64,000 nucleotides of DNA from Candidatus Gastranaerophilales bacterium (GTDB taxonomy: Bacteria; Cyanobacteriota; Vampirovibrionia; Gastranaerophilales; Gastranaerophilaceae): contig CALVBY010000001.1 of NCBI GenBank assembly GCA_944325905.1, positions 31,873-95,872 of the forward strand. Reading direction: 5' to 3'. Of the stretch, positions 16,851-26,230 are shown in pieces. Each line of letters starts with the position of its first letter. Position 1 is the first letter of the stretch. Made by a program: the position numbers and the translations under genes. Below the pieces are notes generated by a model that saw only the letters and a list, made by a program, of their open reading frames with translations, searched no databases and was not told the DNA's origin.

Positions 16851-19139
16851 TTAATCAACATCAACAGGCTCACGCATAATTTTTTCGATAGCTTCACGAG
16901 CAGTGAAAACGAGGTCTTCCGGAACATTATCAATAGTTGTAAATTGTCTTAAAACATCAACCGTACGCTTGAAGGCTCTAACAATATCGCCTTCGCCCAT
17001 ATCAACTTGCTCAGTTATTGTTTCCCATTCAGCACCTTCTACCCACAGTTCAATCAAAGAACTGAAATAAGGATTAATATATAATGGAGCTTCGACTTGA
17101 TATCTGTTTTGAACTTTTTCAATCTTACGTCTGATATTTCTTATTAAATTCAGAGTTTTTCTAACTGTTTGAGAAATCGGCAAATAAGGTATATCTATCC
17201 TCAAGTCTTCAGTCGTAACTGCACAAATAACAGCTGCCAACTGAGATGGTGTCAAGCCCTCTAAAACATTAGAAAATATAATTTCAGCAATGAATAATTC
17301 ATTTTCAGAGCGGATTTGAGATGTCGTAACACCATATGGAGTTGGAAAATCATCTTTTATATATCCAAAATCAATTAACACACTTCTGTGCGCCAAAAAT
17401 TTATTCCAATATATATCTTTCTGACGCTCCATCTCTTTCTCAAGTCTTGCTTGTCTAACATCTATACGTCCGAGGACTTCAATATTTTTTGCATGTTTTC
17501 TGTAGCGGTTACAATTATCACAAGGGTAATCGTGCAATTGATCTAATAATGCCTTATTACTTTTTTTGAAATCCAAAACTTCTTGTGACAATTGACGTTT
17601 TTTAGCCTGCTCCTGCTTACAGATTTTTTTGTAGGTAACCCTGTTTTGTACATATAGATGACGAAGGTTATCATACTTTATAAAATCACTATCCGAAAGC
17701 TTATACGGACAAACAAACGTTCTTTCGGCACGTTCCTTTTCATTAATCTCAAACTGCTTTAACAAAGGCTGCATCCTTGAGCCTGCAGAATAATAACCAA
17801 AACTCTTTAAAATAAGCTCTTTTGATTCATCCAAACTAAATCTTTGAAGCAAATTCAAAACCATAGAATAACTTGGTGAAAATCTACTTTCCAAAGGATT
17901 TGCATCACTCAAAACAAGCTCTGCAACCTCTTCCGGTGATTGGAAAGGTGTTCCGACAATAGTAACATAACCAATTTCATCCATACCCCGACGACCTGCA
18001 CGACCTGACATTTGCAAAAATTCACTTGCCGTAAGCATCCTATGTCCTGAATCGGTTCTTTTGCTTATAGAACTTATGACAGTGGATCTTGCAGGCATGT
18101 TTATACCTGCAGCAAGAGTCTCCGTTGCAAAAACCACTTTAATAAGTCCTTTTTGAAATAATTTTTCAACTAAATTTTTCCAAGCAGGTAGAAGCCCCGC
18201 ATGGTGAGATGCTACACCTTGTAATAAATATTCAATATGCTTATTTCCGTATAAATGTGGATTTTCCGCAATATAGTCGTCAACAAATTGTCTGATTTGT
18301 GCTTGTTCACCTGCTGTAACCAAACCGATAGATGCACATTTTTCCATTTGTTCATCGCACTTTTTACGAGAAAAAGTGAAATAAATTGCAGGCAGCATAT
18401 CTTGATTTGCCAAATTTCTTATAACATCTTTAACCGGAGATTTTTGCTTATTTTTCCCATGTTTTCCCCATTGATGCTTTTCAGGCTTAATTTTTTTATT
18501 TAATTGACCGCTAGGCGTAAGCAGCGGGAGGAGTTTATTTGGCTGAGAGCTGTCAAAATAATAAAACCTCAACGGAACCGGCCTAAAATCAGTATTAACA
18601 AGCTCTGTTTTAGAATGCACTGTATTAATCCAATTTGTTAATTCATCAGCGTTTGCAACAGTTGCAGAAAGTGCAATTATTTGAACATTAGTCGGGCAAT
18701 ATATGATACTTTCTTCCCAAACAGTACCTCTCTGCTCGTCATTCATATAGTGAACTTCATCTAAAACAACGTATTTTACATCCTTTAAATTATCAGCTAC
18801 AGCACCAAAGTTTGTACCATACAGCATATTTCGAAAAACTTCAGTAGTCATAACAACAATCTGACCACTACGATTAATTGAAGTATCACCCGTCAGCAAA
18901 CCAACCTTATCTTGTCCATATTTTTCACCAAAATCATAATATTTTTGATTTGACAATGCCTTTAAGGGGGTAGTATAGAAAATCCTCTTGCCTTCCTCTA
19001 TGGCACGATGGATTGCATGTTGTGCGATAACCGTTTTACCTGCACCAGTTGGTGCACAAACCACAACACTTTCACCTGCATCTATATAATTGCAGGCCTC
19101 TTTTTGAAAATCATCCAGTTCAAAAGGAAATTCATACAT
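16851..19139 (-). CDS. Ski2-like DEAD/DEAH-box RNA helicase (HelY-like)
   Basis: APTGAGKT, DEVHYM, SATV, TETLAAGINMPA, QMSGRAGRRG. C-terminal DSHCT-like region. Confidence 0.85.
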   Translation of the reverse strand: MYEFPFELDDFQKEACNYIDAGESVVVCAPTGAGKTVIAQHAIHRAIEEGKRIFYTTPLKALSNQKYYDFGEKYGQDKVGLLTGDTSINRSGQIVVMTTEVFRNMLYGTNFGAVADNLKDVKYVVLDEVHYMNDEQRGTVWEESIIYCPTNVQIIALSATVANADELTNWINTVHSKTELVNTDFRPVPLRFYYFDSSQPNKLLPLLTPSGQLNKKIKPEKHQWGKHGKNKQKSPVKDVIRNLANQDMLPAIYFTFSRKKCDEQMEKCASIGLVTAGEQAQIRQFVDDYIAENPHLYGNKHIEYLLQGVASHHAGLLPAWKNLVEKLFQKGLIKVVFATETLAAGINMPARSTVISSISKRTDSGHRMLTASEFLQMSGRAGRRGMDEIGYVTIVGTPFQSPEEVAELVLSDANPLESRFSPSYSMVLNLLQRFSLDESKELILKSFGYYSAGSRMQPLLKQFEINEKERAERTFVCPYKLSDSDFIKYDNLRHLYVQNRVTYKKICKQEQAKKRQLSQEVLDFKKSNKALLDQLHDYPCDNCNRYRKHAKNIEVLGRIDVRQARLEKEMERQKDIYWNKFLAHRSVLIDFGYIKDDFPTPYGVTTSQIRSENELFIAEIIFSNVLEGLTPSQLAAVICAVTTEDLRIDIPYLPISQTVRKTLNLIRNIRRKIEKVQNRYQVEAPLYINPYFSSLIELWVEGAEWETITEQVDMGEGDIVRAFKRTVDVLRQFTTIDNVPEDLVFTAREAIEKIMREPVDVD

Positions 19140-19214
19140 AACTATACTTATCCATGAATATTATAGCACATGTCAAAGGTAAATGACATTTGTAAACATC
19201 ACAAACGCACTCAA

Positions 19215-20483
19215 CTATGCTATCTTATCAAATCCGGTATATTTACGCAAAACTTCCGGAATAACTATAGAACCGTCCGCTTGCTGATAATTTTCAACAA
19301 TTGCCGCAAACGTTCTGCCAACAGCTAATCCTGAACCATTAATTGTATGAACAAACTGGGTCTTACCGGTTTCCTTATCACGATATCTTATATTAGCACG
19401 TCTTGCTTGGTAATCACCATAGTTAGAACAGCTTGAAATCTCTTTATAAGTTCCGTAAGATGGCATCCAAACTTCCAAATCCCAACATTTATTAGCACTA
19501 AAACCAATATCCGCTGTGCACAATGCTTCTCTTCTGTATGGAAGTCCAAGTAATTGCAACATTTTTTCAGCATCTTCAGTCAATTTTTCGTGTTCATCTT
19601 TACTTGCTTGAGGTGTAGTAAGTTTTACAAGCTCAACCTTGTTAAATTGGTGAACACGAATTAATCCTCTTGTGTCTTTACCTGCAGAACCGGCTTCACG
19701 TCTAAAACATGGGGTATATGCCGTCATATACATAGGCAATTGATCTTCTGATAATATTTCACCGGCATAGATATTTGTAACAGGAACCTCAGCAGTCGGT
19801 ATCAAGTACAAATCTTCGTCAACACATTTGTACATATCTTCAGCAAATTTTGGCAATTGACCTGTACCTGTCATAGTTGCAGCATTAGCCATAAACGGAG
19901 GTAAAATTTCTTCATAACCTTGTTCACCTGTGTGATAATCCAAGAAGAAATTAATGATAGCTCGTTCCAGTTTTGCACCTTGACCGCGGTAAAGAGTAAA
20001 GCGACTTTGAGAAAGTTTTACACCTCGCTCAAAATCAACCAAACCTTTTTCTTCACAAATATCCCAGTGAGCTTTGAATTCAAAATCAAACTTTCTCGGT
20101 TCACCCCACTTATAGACTTCAATATTGTCATCTTCAGACGTTCCAATAGGGGTTGTTTCATCCGGAATATTTGGAATATGAAGCAAGAGGTTTTTCTGTT
20201 TCTCATCTAAAACAGACTGCTTATCCTCTAAAACCTTGATATCATCACCGATTTTACGAACTTCTTCCTGAATAGCATCAGTATTTTCACCCTTCTTTTT
20301 AAGTTCACCAATTTTTTGTGACTCAATTTTACGTTTTGCACGCAATTCATCAGCTTGGGCTTGGATTTTTCTACGTTCAGCGTCTATCTCAATAACGCCA
20401 TCAATAGATAAATCAGGATTTCTACGTTTCAAAAGTTCGTTAATTTTTTCTGGATTCTCTCTAATTAATTTGATATCAAGCAT
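19215..20483 (-). CDS. serS: Seryl-tRNA synthetase
   Basis: N-terminal coiled-coil arm ([12 protein letters not shown]...) and class II motifs ([34 protein letters not shown]). Confidence 0.95.
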   Translation of the reverse strand: MLDIKLIRENPEKINELLKRRNPDLSIDGVIEIDAERRKIQAQADELRAKRKIESQKIGELKKKGENTDAIQEEVRKIGDDIKVLEDKQSVLDEKQKNLLLHIPNIPDETTPIGTSEDDNIEVYKWGEPRKFDFEFKAHWDICEEKGLVDFERGVKLSQSRFTLYRGQGAKLERAIINFFLDYHTGEQGYEEILPPFMANAATMTGTGQLPKFAEDMYKCVDEDLYLIPTAEVPVTNIYAGEILSEDQLPMYMTAYTPCFRREAGSAGKDTRGLIRVHQFNKVELVKLTTPQASKDEHEKLTEDAEKMLQLLGLPYRREALCTADIGFSANKCWDLEVWMPSYGTYKEISSCSNYGDYQARRANIRYRDKETGKTQFVHTINGSGLAVGRTFAAIVENYQQADGSIVIPEVLRKYTGFDKIA

Positions 20484-20622
20484 CTTAAAACCTCTTTCTA
20501 CTTATGCGAATATTCTAATTTAAATAAAAGTTATAATCAAGAGAAAAATAACAAATCATAAATCTTTAGATTGATTGCATTTTCTTAAAAAACATGGATA
20601 ATATAGAATGAAGGGATATTGT

Positions 20623-20946
20623 ATGTTTAAAAAACTTGCACAACAGCTAAGAGATTACGACAAAAAGACAAATACGGCACCTATTTCTGTGCCATTTGCC
20701 AAAGAATTTCTTAAACCAAAAAACAAATTTCTTAACAATCTTTCCAAAAAAGCTGTAGAGTTATATGAAAGACAACAAGACATAAACCACTTCACCAAAT
20801 TAGTTCTTTCTGATCCTGAGAATAAATCACACAACAAAATGGTTAATGAGCTTTTTGAAGAAGGGGTAGCCGATCCGTTTGTTGACGAAAAATTAGCTGA
20901 TCTTGCAAATAATCAAAAGTTCTTACGAGATTTGGGATTACTTTAA
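20623..20946 (+). CDS. Hypothetical protein (107 aa)
   Basis: ATG at 20623 lies 6 nt after AAGGGA. No recognisable motif. The 3' end overlaps the convergent icd-like gene by 9 nt. Confidence 0.45.
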   Translation: MFKKLAQQLRDYDKKTNTAPISVPFAKEFLKPKNKFLNNLSKKAVELYERQQDINHFTKLVLSDPENKSHNKMVNELFEEGVADPFVDEKLADLANNQKFLRDLGLL

Positions 20947-21933
20947 GTTTTTTATAATTTGATCAGTGAATTCATCAGTTGAGGCTGTTCCACCCAAATC
21001 GGCAGTTTTCACGTTTTCTTCAAGTGTTTTAAACAATGCAGCTTCAATCTTTTTCGCATAAGATCTTTCACCGATATAGTTAAGCATCTCAACTGCAGAC
21101 AACAAAAGCGCCGTAGGATTTGCCTTATTTTGCCCTTTTATATCCGGAGCAGAACCGTGTACAGGCTCAAATACCGCACATTTTTCGCCGATATTTGCAC
21201 CTTGAGCTACCCCCAAGCCACCTATCAAACCGGCTGTAAGATCAGATACAATATCTCCATACAAATTCGGTAATACCAAAACGTCAAACCTTGTTGGATC
21301 TTGAACTAATTGCATACATAAATTATCAACAAGAATTTCACGTTTACCGATCTGCGGATAATTTTCCGCAACTTTTCGGTATGAGTCTAAAAACAACCCA
21401 TCTGACAGCTTCATAATATTTGCTTTTGTTACGACACAAACCTCTTTACGATTATTTTTCACAGCGTAATCAAAAGCGAATTTACATATTCTTTCAGACG
21501 CAGTTCTGGTAATCAATTTAATACTCTCAGCTGTATTTTCATCAACTTGTCTTTCAATTCCCGCATACAAATCTTCTGTATTTTCTCTAACGACAACGAT
21601 ATTAACATTATCAAATCTTGTTTTAACATTAGGAAGATTTTTACAAGGACGCAAATTTGCATACAAATCCAGTTCTTTTCTTAATTGGACATTAACTGAT
21701 CTGAAACCTTTACCGATAGGCGTTGTAACAGGCGCTTTCAAAGCAACACCGTTTTTCAATATAGAATCTATTACTCTTTTTGGTAAAGGAGTTCCCTCAC
21801 TTTCAATTACATCCGCACCCGCAGTTTGGACATCCCAATCGATTTTTAATCCGCTTGCATCAATAATCTTGACTACAGACTCTGATATTTCAGGTCCGAT
21901 ACCATCTCCATTAATTAAAGTAATAGTTCTCAT
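20938..21933 (-). CDS. NAD-dependent isocitrate dehydrogenase-like (isocitrate/isopropylmalate dehydrogenase family)
   Basis: ITLINGDGIGPE, SVNVQLRKELDLYANLRP, VVRENTEDLYAG, NLYGDIVSD, GSAPDI. ATG at 21933 after GGAGGG. Substrate specificity was not resolved by eye. Confidence 0.85.
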   Translation of the reverse strand: MRTITLINGDGIGPEISESVVKIIDASGLKIDWDVQTAGADVIESEGTPLPKRVIDSILKNGVALKAPVTTPIGKGFRSVNVQLRKELDLYANLRPCKNLPNVKTRFDNVNIVVVRENTEDLYAGIERQVDENTAESIKLITRTASERICKFAFDYAVKNNRKEVCVVTKANIMKLSDGLFLDSYRKVAENYPQIGKREILVDNLCMQLVQDPTRFDVLVLPNLYGDIVSDLTAGLIGGLGVAQGANIGEKCAVFEPVHGSAPDIKGQNKANPTALLLSAVEMLNYIGERSYAKKIEAALFKTLEENVKTADLGGTASTDEFTDQIIKNLK

Positions 21934-22098
21934 AAACCCTCCAACAACAAACATTTTACCACAAAGTATTCTTTCTAAGACAGCTATTTTTTAAATAGAT
22001 TGTTAAGAAATATTAACCTTCATTTTATTTAAAAGGCAATTATTACCACAAAATATTTTTTATAAAAGTAAGGTTAGTAAAAAAAAGGTAGGTTGGTT

Positions 22099-22857
22099 AT
22101 GAGTATTGCAAGTGTAGCCAAAACAGGCTTGAATTATGCCGGAAGATTACTTTTTGATGACAGATTTGCATCAAAAGTAACAAGTTCTCTAAAGAGCTAT
22201 GGGCGAATGAACAAAAGAAACGGTAAAGGTCGTTTTAATAAATTTCACAAACAAGTCGGAACAGCTTTTCAAAAAGCAGAAAAAGCAACAGGCAATAAAA
22301 AAGTATTTGAAAGCTTAGCTGAATCTGTAAAAAGTTATAAAACCGATGTTTCAGCTTTGTGGAAAAGCGATAAAGGTTTCTGGAAGAAAATAGGTGGAAC
22401 ACTTAAAGGATTGGGCAAACGTGCTCCATTAATCGGTACAGCATTAATGATAGCTTTTGAGTTACCAAATATATTTAAAGCTACTAAAGAAGGCGGTCTC
22501 GTCAATGGCGCAATAGAAGCAGGTAAAAGCGGCGTAAGACTTGCAGCCGGTATCGCATGCGGTGCAATAGGTACTGCAGTTCTAGGTCCTGTAGGAGGTC
22601 TTCTTGGCTTCTTTGTTGGTGATTTGCTAGGAAAGTTTATTGTAGGCAAGAGTTATTCAGAAAAACAAGTTGAAGAAAAACAAAAAATAGCAGAAGTTGC
22701 AAACAATGAATCGTTAAACAGGACAGCTGACGCATCGTTGCTCAAATCCACATTAACACCTGAACAGCTACTGGTACTTCAGCAGTTATTGTACAATGGA
22801 AATAGCTTTCCATATCAGTTTACAAATTCGCAAAATCGATTAAATGTCACAGCATAA
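22099..22857 (+). CDS. Glycine-zipper membrane protein (paralogous core with 22960..24546)
   Basis: Lys-rich N-terminal half, then FELPNIFKATKEGG followed by a GxxxG-rich zipper (GIACGAIGTAVLGPVGGLLGFFVGDLLG). N/Q-rich tail. Confidence 0.65.
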   Translation: MSIASVAKTGLNYAGRLLFDDRFASKVTSSLKSYGRMNKRNGKGRFNKFHKQVGTAFQKAEKATGNKKVFESLAESVKSYKTDVSALWKSDKGFWKKIGGTLKGLGKRAPLIGTALMIAFELPNIFKATKEGGLVNGAIEAGKSGVRLAAGIACGAIGTAVLGPVGGLLGFFVGDLLGKFIVGKSYSEKQVEEKQKIAEVANNESLNRTADASLLKSTLTPEQLLVLQQLLYNGNSFPYQFTNSQNRLNVTA

Positions 22858-22884
22858 GTAAAGCTCGGAAAATCCGAGCTTTAC
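22858..22884 (+). terminator. Perfect 12-bp hairpin between the two glycine-zipper genes (no U tail)
   Basis: GTAAAGCTCGGA-AAA-TCCGAGCTTTAC immediately after the TAA at 22855-57. Could be an attenuator or processing site rather than a full terminator. Confidence 0.45.
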
Positions 22885-22959
22885 AATTATTAACATAAAT
22901 AGCAATTTATACTCTAAAAAAAACTTTATTATAGTACGGGGAATTTATACGGGGATAAT

Positions 22960-24546
22960 ATGAGTACAAATATCAACGGAGTTACTAATAGAGATTTATA
23001 CGTACTAAGTGCAGCTGCAACAGGGGCTGCAATCAACCGTGCAGATGACAGCGCCGAATTAAAAAGTTATTTACTATTTGGTGGCGGTGCTATGGCACTT
23101 CCAACAGTTTTTAAGGGTGCAAAAGCCATTGGTTATGATTTTCCGGTATGGGCATATCATAATTATGGAAATTATATTCCTGCACTACAAAGTAAATACA
23201 ATAGCACAATTGGACAAACCAACTTATATAGTGCAAACAGAAACGCATTAAAGGGAAATTTTTGGAGCACAGTAAACAATACCTATTTAAACAGCCAACT
23301 AAAAGCTGCAAATATTCCTGTTTATGACCTAAAAGCACTTGAGACTGAACAAAAAAACTTGAAACGTTTAAGTAAAGTTTTTGAAAAAAACGGAAATGAT
23401 AACTTAAGCCAGGCAGTTGGACGTTCAATAAAACGTGCATCTAATCAAAGAGCAATTGTAACCAATGCAAATAACATAAAAAAAGCAGAAATATATAAAG
23501 AGACAGACCGACTTTTAAAGGAAGCGCAAGGACTCAAAGGAGACGCTCTTGCTGCTAAATTAAAAGAGGCAAAAATTGCCGAAACTAAAGCAAAAATTGC
23601 CGTACAAAAGGCAAAAGCAGCGGGCGAAATAACACATTCAACAAAAATTGGCAAAGCTGCATCTTGGGTAAAAACCAAGTCAGGTGCGAGAGCAATCGAA
23701 ACAAAAGTACTTGAAGGAACAATGAGTCAAAATGCAGCAGTAAGAACGGTTGCAAAAAGCGTAAAAGCCGGCGGTTCAATGTTTATTATATCCGCAGCAA
23801 TGGAAGCTCCAAACGTTGTCAAAACATATAAAGAACTCGGCACCAAAAGAGGTAATAAACAGCTTGCAAAATCAACCGCAAAAGTTGCAGCTGAAACAGC
23901 AGGTTTTGTAGTTGGTACAAAGGTTGCAGGAATAGCCGGAGCTAAAATTGGCGCAACTGTTGGTACTGCAATTGGTGGCCCAATAGGAACAGCAGTTGGC
24001 GCAGTTGTCGGAGGTGCAATTGGCGTAATCGGAGGTCTTTTAGGCAGTTGGCTTTGCAGCAAAGCAACAAAAGCAGTCGTTGGTGAAGATGAATTGGATA
24101 AAGCAAAAAAAGAACAAGTCGCAGCACTAGTTAAAAAATCCGAAAACAATCCTGAATTACAAGCTGAAATTGCACTTGCTGCAAAAGAACAGCTCGAAAG
24201 TGGTAATATTACCTCAGAAAAAGATGCTAATGATGTTATAGAAAGCTTTAACAAAGTAGCTGAAACATATTCTCAAACACAAGACCCTGATATCGTAAAC
24301 CCGGAAGATACTTACATTACATTACCATCAGAATCAAACGCCACAGCAAGCAATCCAAAAGAAACTGACAATGGCTTAAATGCTTTATTTGCAATGGCTA
24401 ATGGTAACTTTACCTCTGGTAGTAGTATAGGAAATTCTTATATGCCAATGTACTCTTTCAATTATATAAATCCATTTATGCAAAATAACTTATATGGAAT
24501 GAATTATTCTCATCCATTCACGCAATATTACAACCCCGCAGCATAA
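22960..24546 (+). CDS. Glycine-zipper membrane protein, large paralog (528 aa)
   Basis: MEAPNVVKTYKELG followed by an extended zipper (GIAGAKIGATVGTAIGGPIGTAVGAVVGGAIGVIGGLLG). Lys/Ala-rich helical region. Y/N/M/P-rich C-terminal tail. Confidence 0.7.
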   Translation: MSTNINGVTNRDLYVLSAAATGAAINRADDSAELKSYLLFGGGAMALPTVFKGAKAIGYDFPVWAYHNYGNYIPALQSKYNSTIGQTNLYSANRNALKGNFWSTVNNTYLNSQLKAANIPVYDLKALETEQKNLKRLSKVFEKNGNDNLSQAVGRSIKRASNQRAIVTNANNIKKAEIYKETDRLLKEAQGLKGDALAAKLKEAKIAETKAKIAVQKAKAAGEITHSTKIGKAASWVKTKSGARAIETKVLEGTMSQNAAVRTVAKSVKAGGSMFIISAAMEAPNVVKTYKELGTKRGNKQLAKSTAKVAAETAGFVVGTKVAGIAGAKIGATVGTAIGGPIGTAVGAVVGGAIGVIGGLLGSWLCSKATKAVVGEDELDKAKKEQVAALVKKSENNPELQAEIALAAKEQLESGNITSEKDANDVIESFNKVAETYSQTQDPDIVNPEDTYITLPSESNATASNPKETDNGLNALFAMANGNFTSGSSIGNSYMPMYSFNYINPFMQNNLYGMNYSHPFTQYYNPAA

Positions 24547-24549
24547 ACG

Positions 24550-24580
24550 AAAATACCGACCAATGGTCGGTATTTTTTTA
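24550..24580. terminator. Bidirectional intrinsic terminator
   Basis: Stem TACCGACC (24554-61) / GGTCGGTA (24565-72), A-run before and T-run after. Serves the convergent genes on either side. Confidence 0.75.
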
Positions 24581-24584
24581 ATTT

Positions 24585-24758
24585 TTAAATTGACGTTACG
24601 TTAAAATCACGTTCCGAAACTGATGACGTAGTGTCAAAAATTTTCGTAAAAAATCTTTCGAGAGTAGCTTCCATACCTTTTATTTCTTTTGTTAAAGAAT
24701 CAAAACCATCTCTCTTTGCATCCGTAATAGCATTTGAAAAAATTTCTTCCTGATACAT
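24585..24758 (-). CDS. Unannotated small ORF, 57 aa (MYQEEIFSNAITDAKRDGFDSLTKEIKGMEATLERFFTKIFDTTSSVSERDFNVTSI)
   Basis: Hand-translated. AGGAG lies 7 nt upstream of the ATG at 24758 and TATAAT (rc of 24787-24792) about 30 nt upstream. Ends at the bidirectional terminator. Below the ORF-track length cutoff. Confidence 0.5.
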   Translation of the reverse strand: MYQEEIFSNAITDAKRDGFDSLTKEIKGMEATLERFFTKIFDTTSSVSERDFNVTSI

Positions 24759-24909
24759 GAAATATACTCCTATCTATCTTCACAAGATTATATACGTACA
24801 TTTATTCCAAAAACTTTAACTTTTTAAACAATATTGTTACAAAATTTATAATTAAGAGAAAATTTAAAAACTTTAAAGTACAATAATTATTATGTAAGGG
24901 GAAGTTCTA

Positions 24910-25743
24910 ATGAAAGATTTTCAATTAACCAGTTATGATTATTATTCAAGCAGACGCGACATGGAAGTTATATCCCAAATTGTTGAAGCTTTAAAGAAAA
25001 TTTTGGAAGAAGATAAACACGCAGTACAACCACTGTTTTTAAAAACATCTGAAAATCTTATTTTAAATATAGCCAGAAAAGTTGTTCAGGAAAAAAAGAA
25101 AACTTTTCTGATTGGTATCACAGGAGAAAGCGCTTCAGGCAAAACTGTTTTTGTAGATAATACTATAAAAGCGTGTGTTAAAGAAAAAAAAGAAGGTATA
25201 TATACAGTAATTCGATGCGACGATTACTACAAAGACACTTCTAAAGAACTTCAAGAAGCCGGCAGTTACGAAGAATTATTCAAAACCGGATTTAGCTTTG
25301 ACACTCCCAACGCTATTGACCTCGATTTAATGAAGGAACATCTTCTTGAATTGAAAAATGGCAGAAGTATTACATCACCGAAATATGATTTTGTAACTTG
25401 CGTATCCGACCCAAGTGGTGATTTCAAAAAACCTGCAAAAGTAGTTTTAACAGAAGGGTTATATGTTCTAAACAATGGTCTTGCGGATATTATGGATGTT
25501 AAGGTTTATGTCTTTACACCTCTTGAAGTAATAAAAGATCGTTGGTACAAAAGAGCAGCCTTAAGGGGAAAAACAGGTACTGCGGCAGATTTACAATTCC
25601 AAGATGTAAATAAAACAGCTCAAGAATATATTAGACCAAACTACCAAATTGCCGATGCCGTTATAAATGGTTTAGTTAGCCAGGAATATATCCAACAGAT
25701 TACGGATAAGATATTTAACGCTTTAAGAAATATTGATTATTAA
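24910..25743 (+). CDS. udk: Uridine kinase-like (PRK/uridine kinase family) with N-terminal extension
   Basis: P-loop GITGESASGKT, DDYYKD, FDTPNAIDLDLMKEHLLELKNG and PKYDF align by eye with Udk. Confidence 0.75.
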   Translation: MKDFQLTSYDYYSSRRDMEVISQIVEALKKILEEDKHAVQPLFLKTSENLILNIARKVVQEKKKTFLIGITGESASGKTVFVDNTIKACVKEKKEGIYTVIRCDDYYKDTSKELQEAGSYEELFKTGFSFDTPNAIDLDLMKEHLLELKNGRSITSPKYDFVTCVSDPSGDFKKPAKVVLTEGLYVLNNGLADIMDVKVYVFTPLEVIKDRWYKRAALRGKTGTAADLQFQDVNKTAQEYIRPNYQIADAVINGLVSQEYIQQITDKIFNALRNIDY

Positions 25744-25771
25744 AAAAGGGGTGTAATAACACCCCTTTTTA
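25744..25771. terminator. Bidirectional intrinsic terminator
   Basis: AAGGGGTGT (25746-54) / ACACCCCTT (25759-67), flanked by A- and T-runs. Confidence 0.8.
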
Positions 25772-25772
25772 C

Positions 25773-26051
25773 CTAGTATCCCATCTTGTTACAAGGACAG
25801 GATTCTTCTGTATTGAAGGCTTTAGTGCATTTTTCGCATTTTGGTGCTATTTTAACCTTAGCACAAGCATTACACTTATCTTTTTTAATTTTGTGACATT
25901 TTTGTTTCTTGACTTTTTCACACTTGTTACAATTTCTAAAACCTGTAAAAGGATTTAAACTGTTTACACCATCATAAGTCCAAGCGAAAGCCCCTTGTGC
26001 TGGTAAAAAGAAAAAGGCAAACAAAGCCAAAGACGCAATTGTTTTTTTCAT
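25773..26051 (-). CDS. Small secreted Cys/Lys-rich protein (92 aa)
   Basis: Signal peptide ending AQGAFA, then 10 Cys arranged largely as CxxC pairs among many Lys. Strong AAGGAG ribosome-binding site. Confidence 0.7.
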   Translation of the reverse strand: MKKTIASLALFAFFFLPAQGAFAWTYDGVNSLNPFTGFRNCNKCEKVKKQKCHKIKKDKCNACAKVKIAPKCEKCTKAFNTEESCPCNKMGY

Positions 26052-26230
26052 AAGTAAAACTCCTTAGATTATTAATTAGCTAATCCAACCTAGCCACATT
26101 AACATTTTAAACTTCATATAATCAATTTCTACGGTAAAAAGGATAAGAATAACTAAACAAAAGCATTGCGAAAAAAGTCTAAAAAAGCAGGAACGGTTTT
26201 ACCGTTCCTGCTCAATATATTAAAAAATAG

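Noticed and set aside
20484-20607. A T-box leader upstream of serS.
   Set aside because: The region is only about 120 nt of very AT-rich sequence. It has no specifier-loop or T-box (AGGGUGGNACCGCG-like) sequence and no terminator/antiterminator pair.
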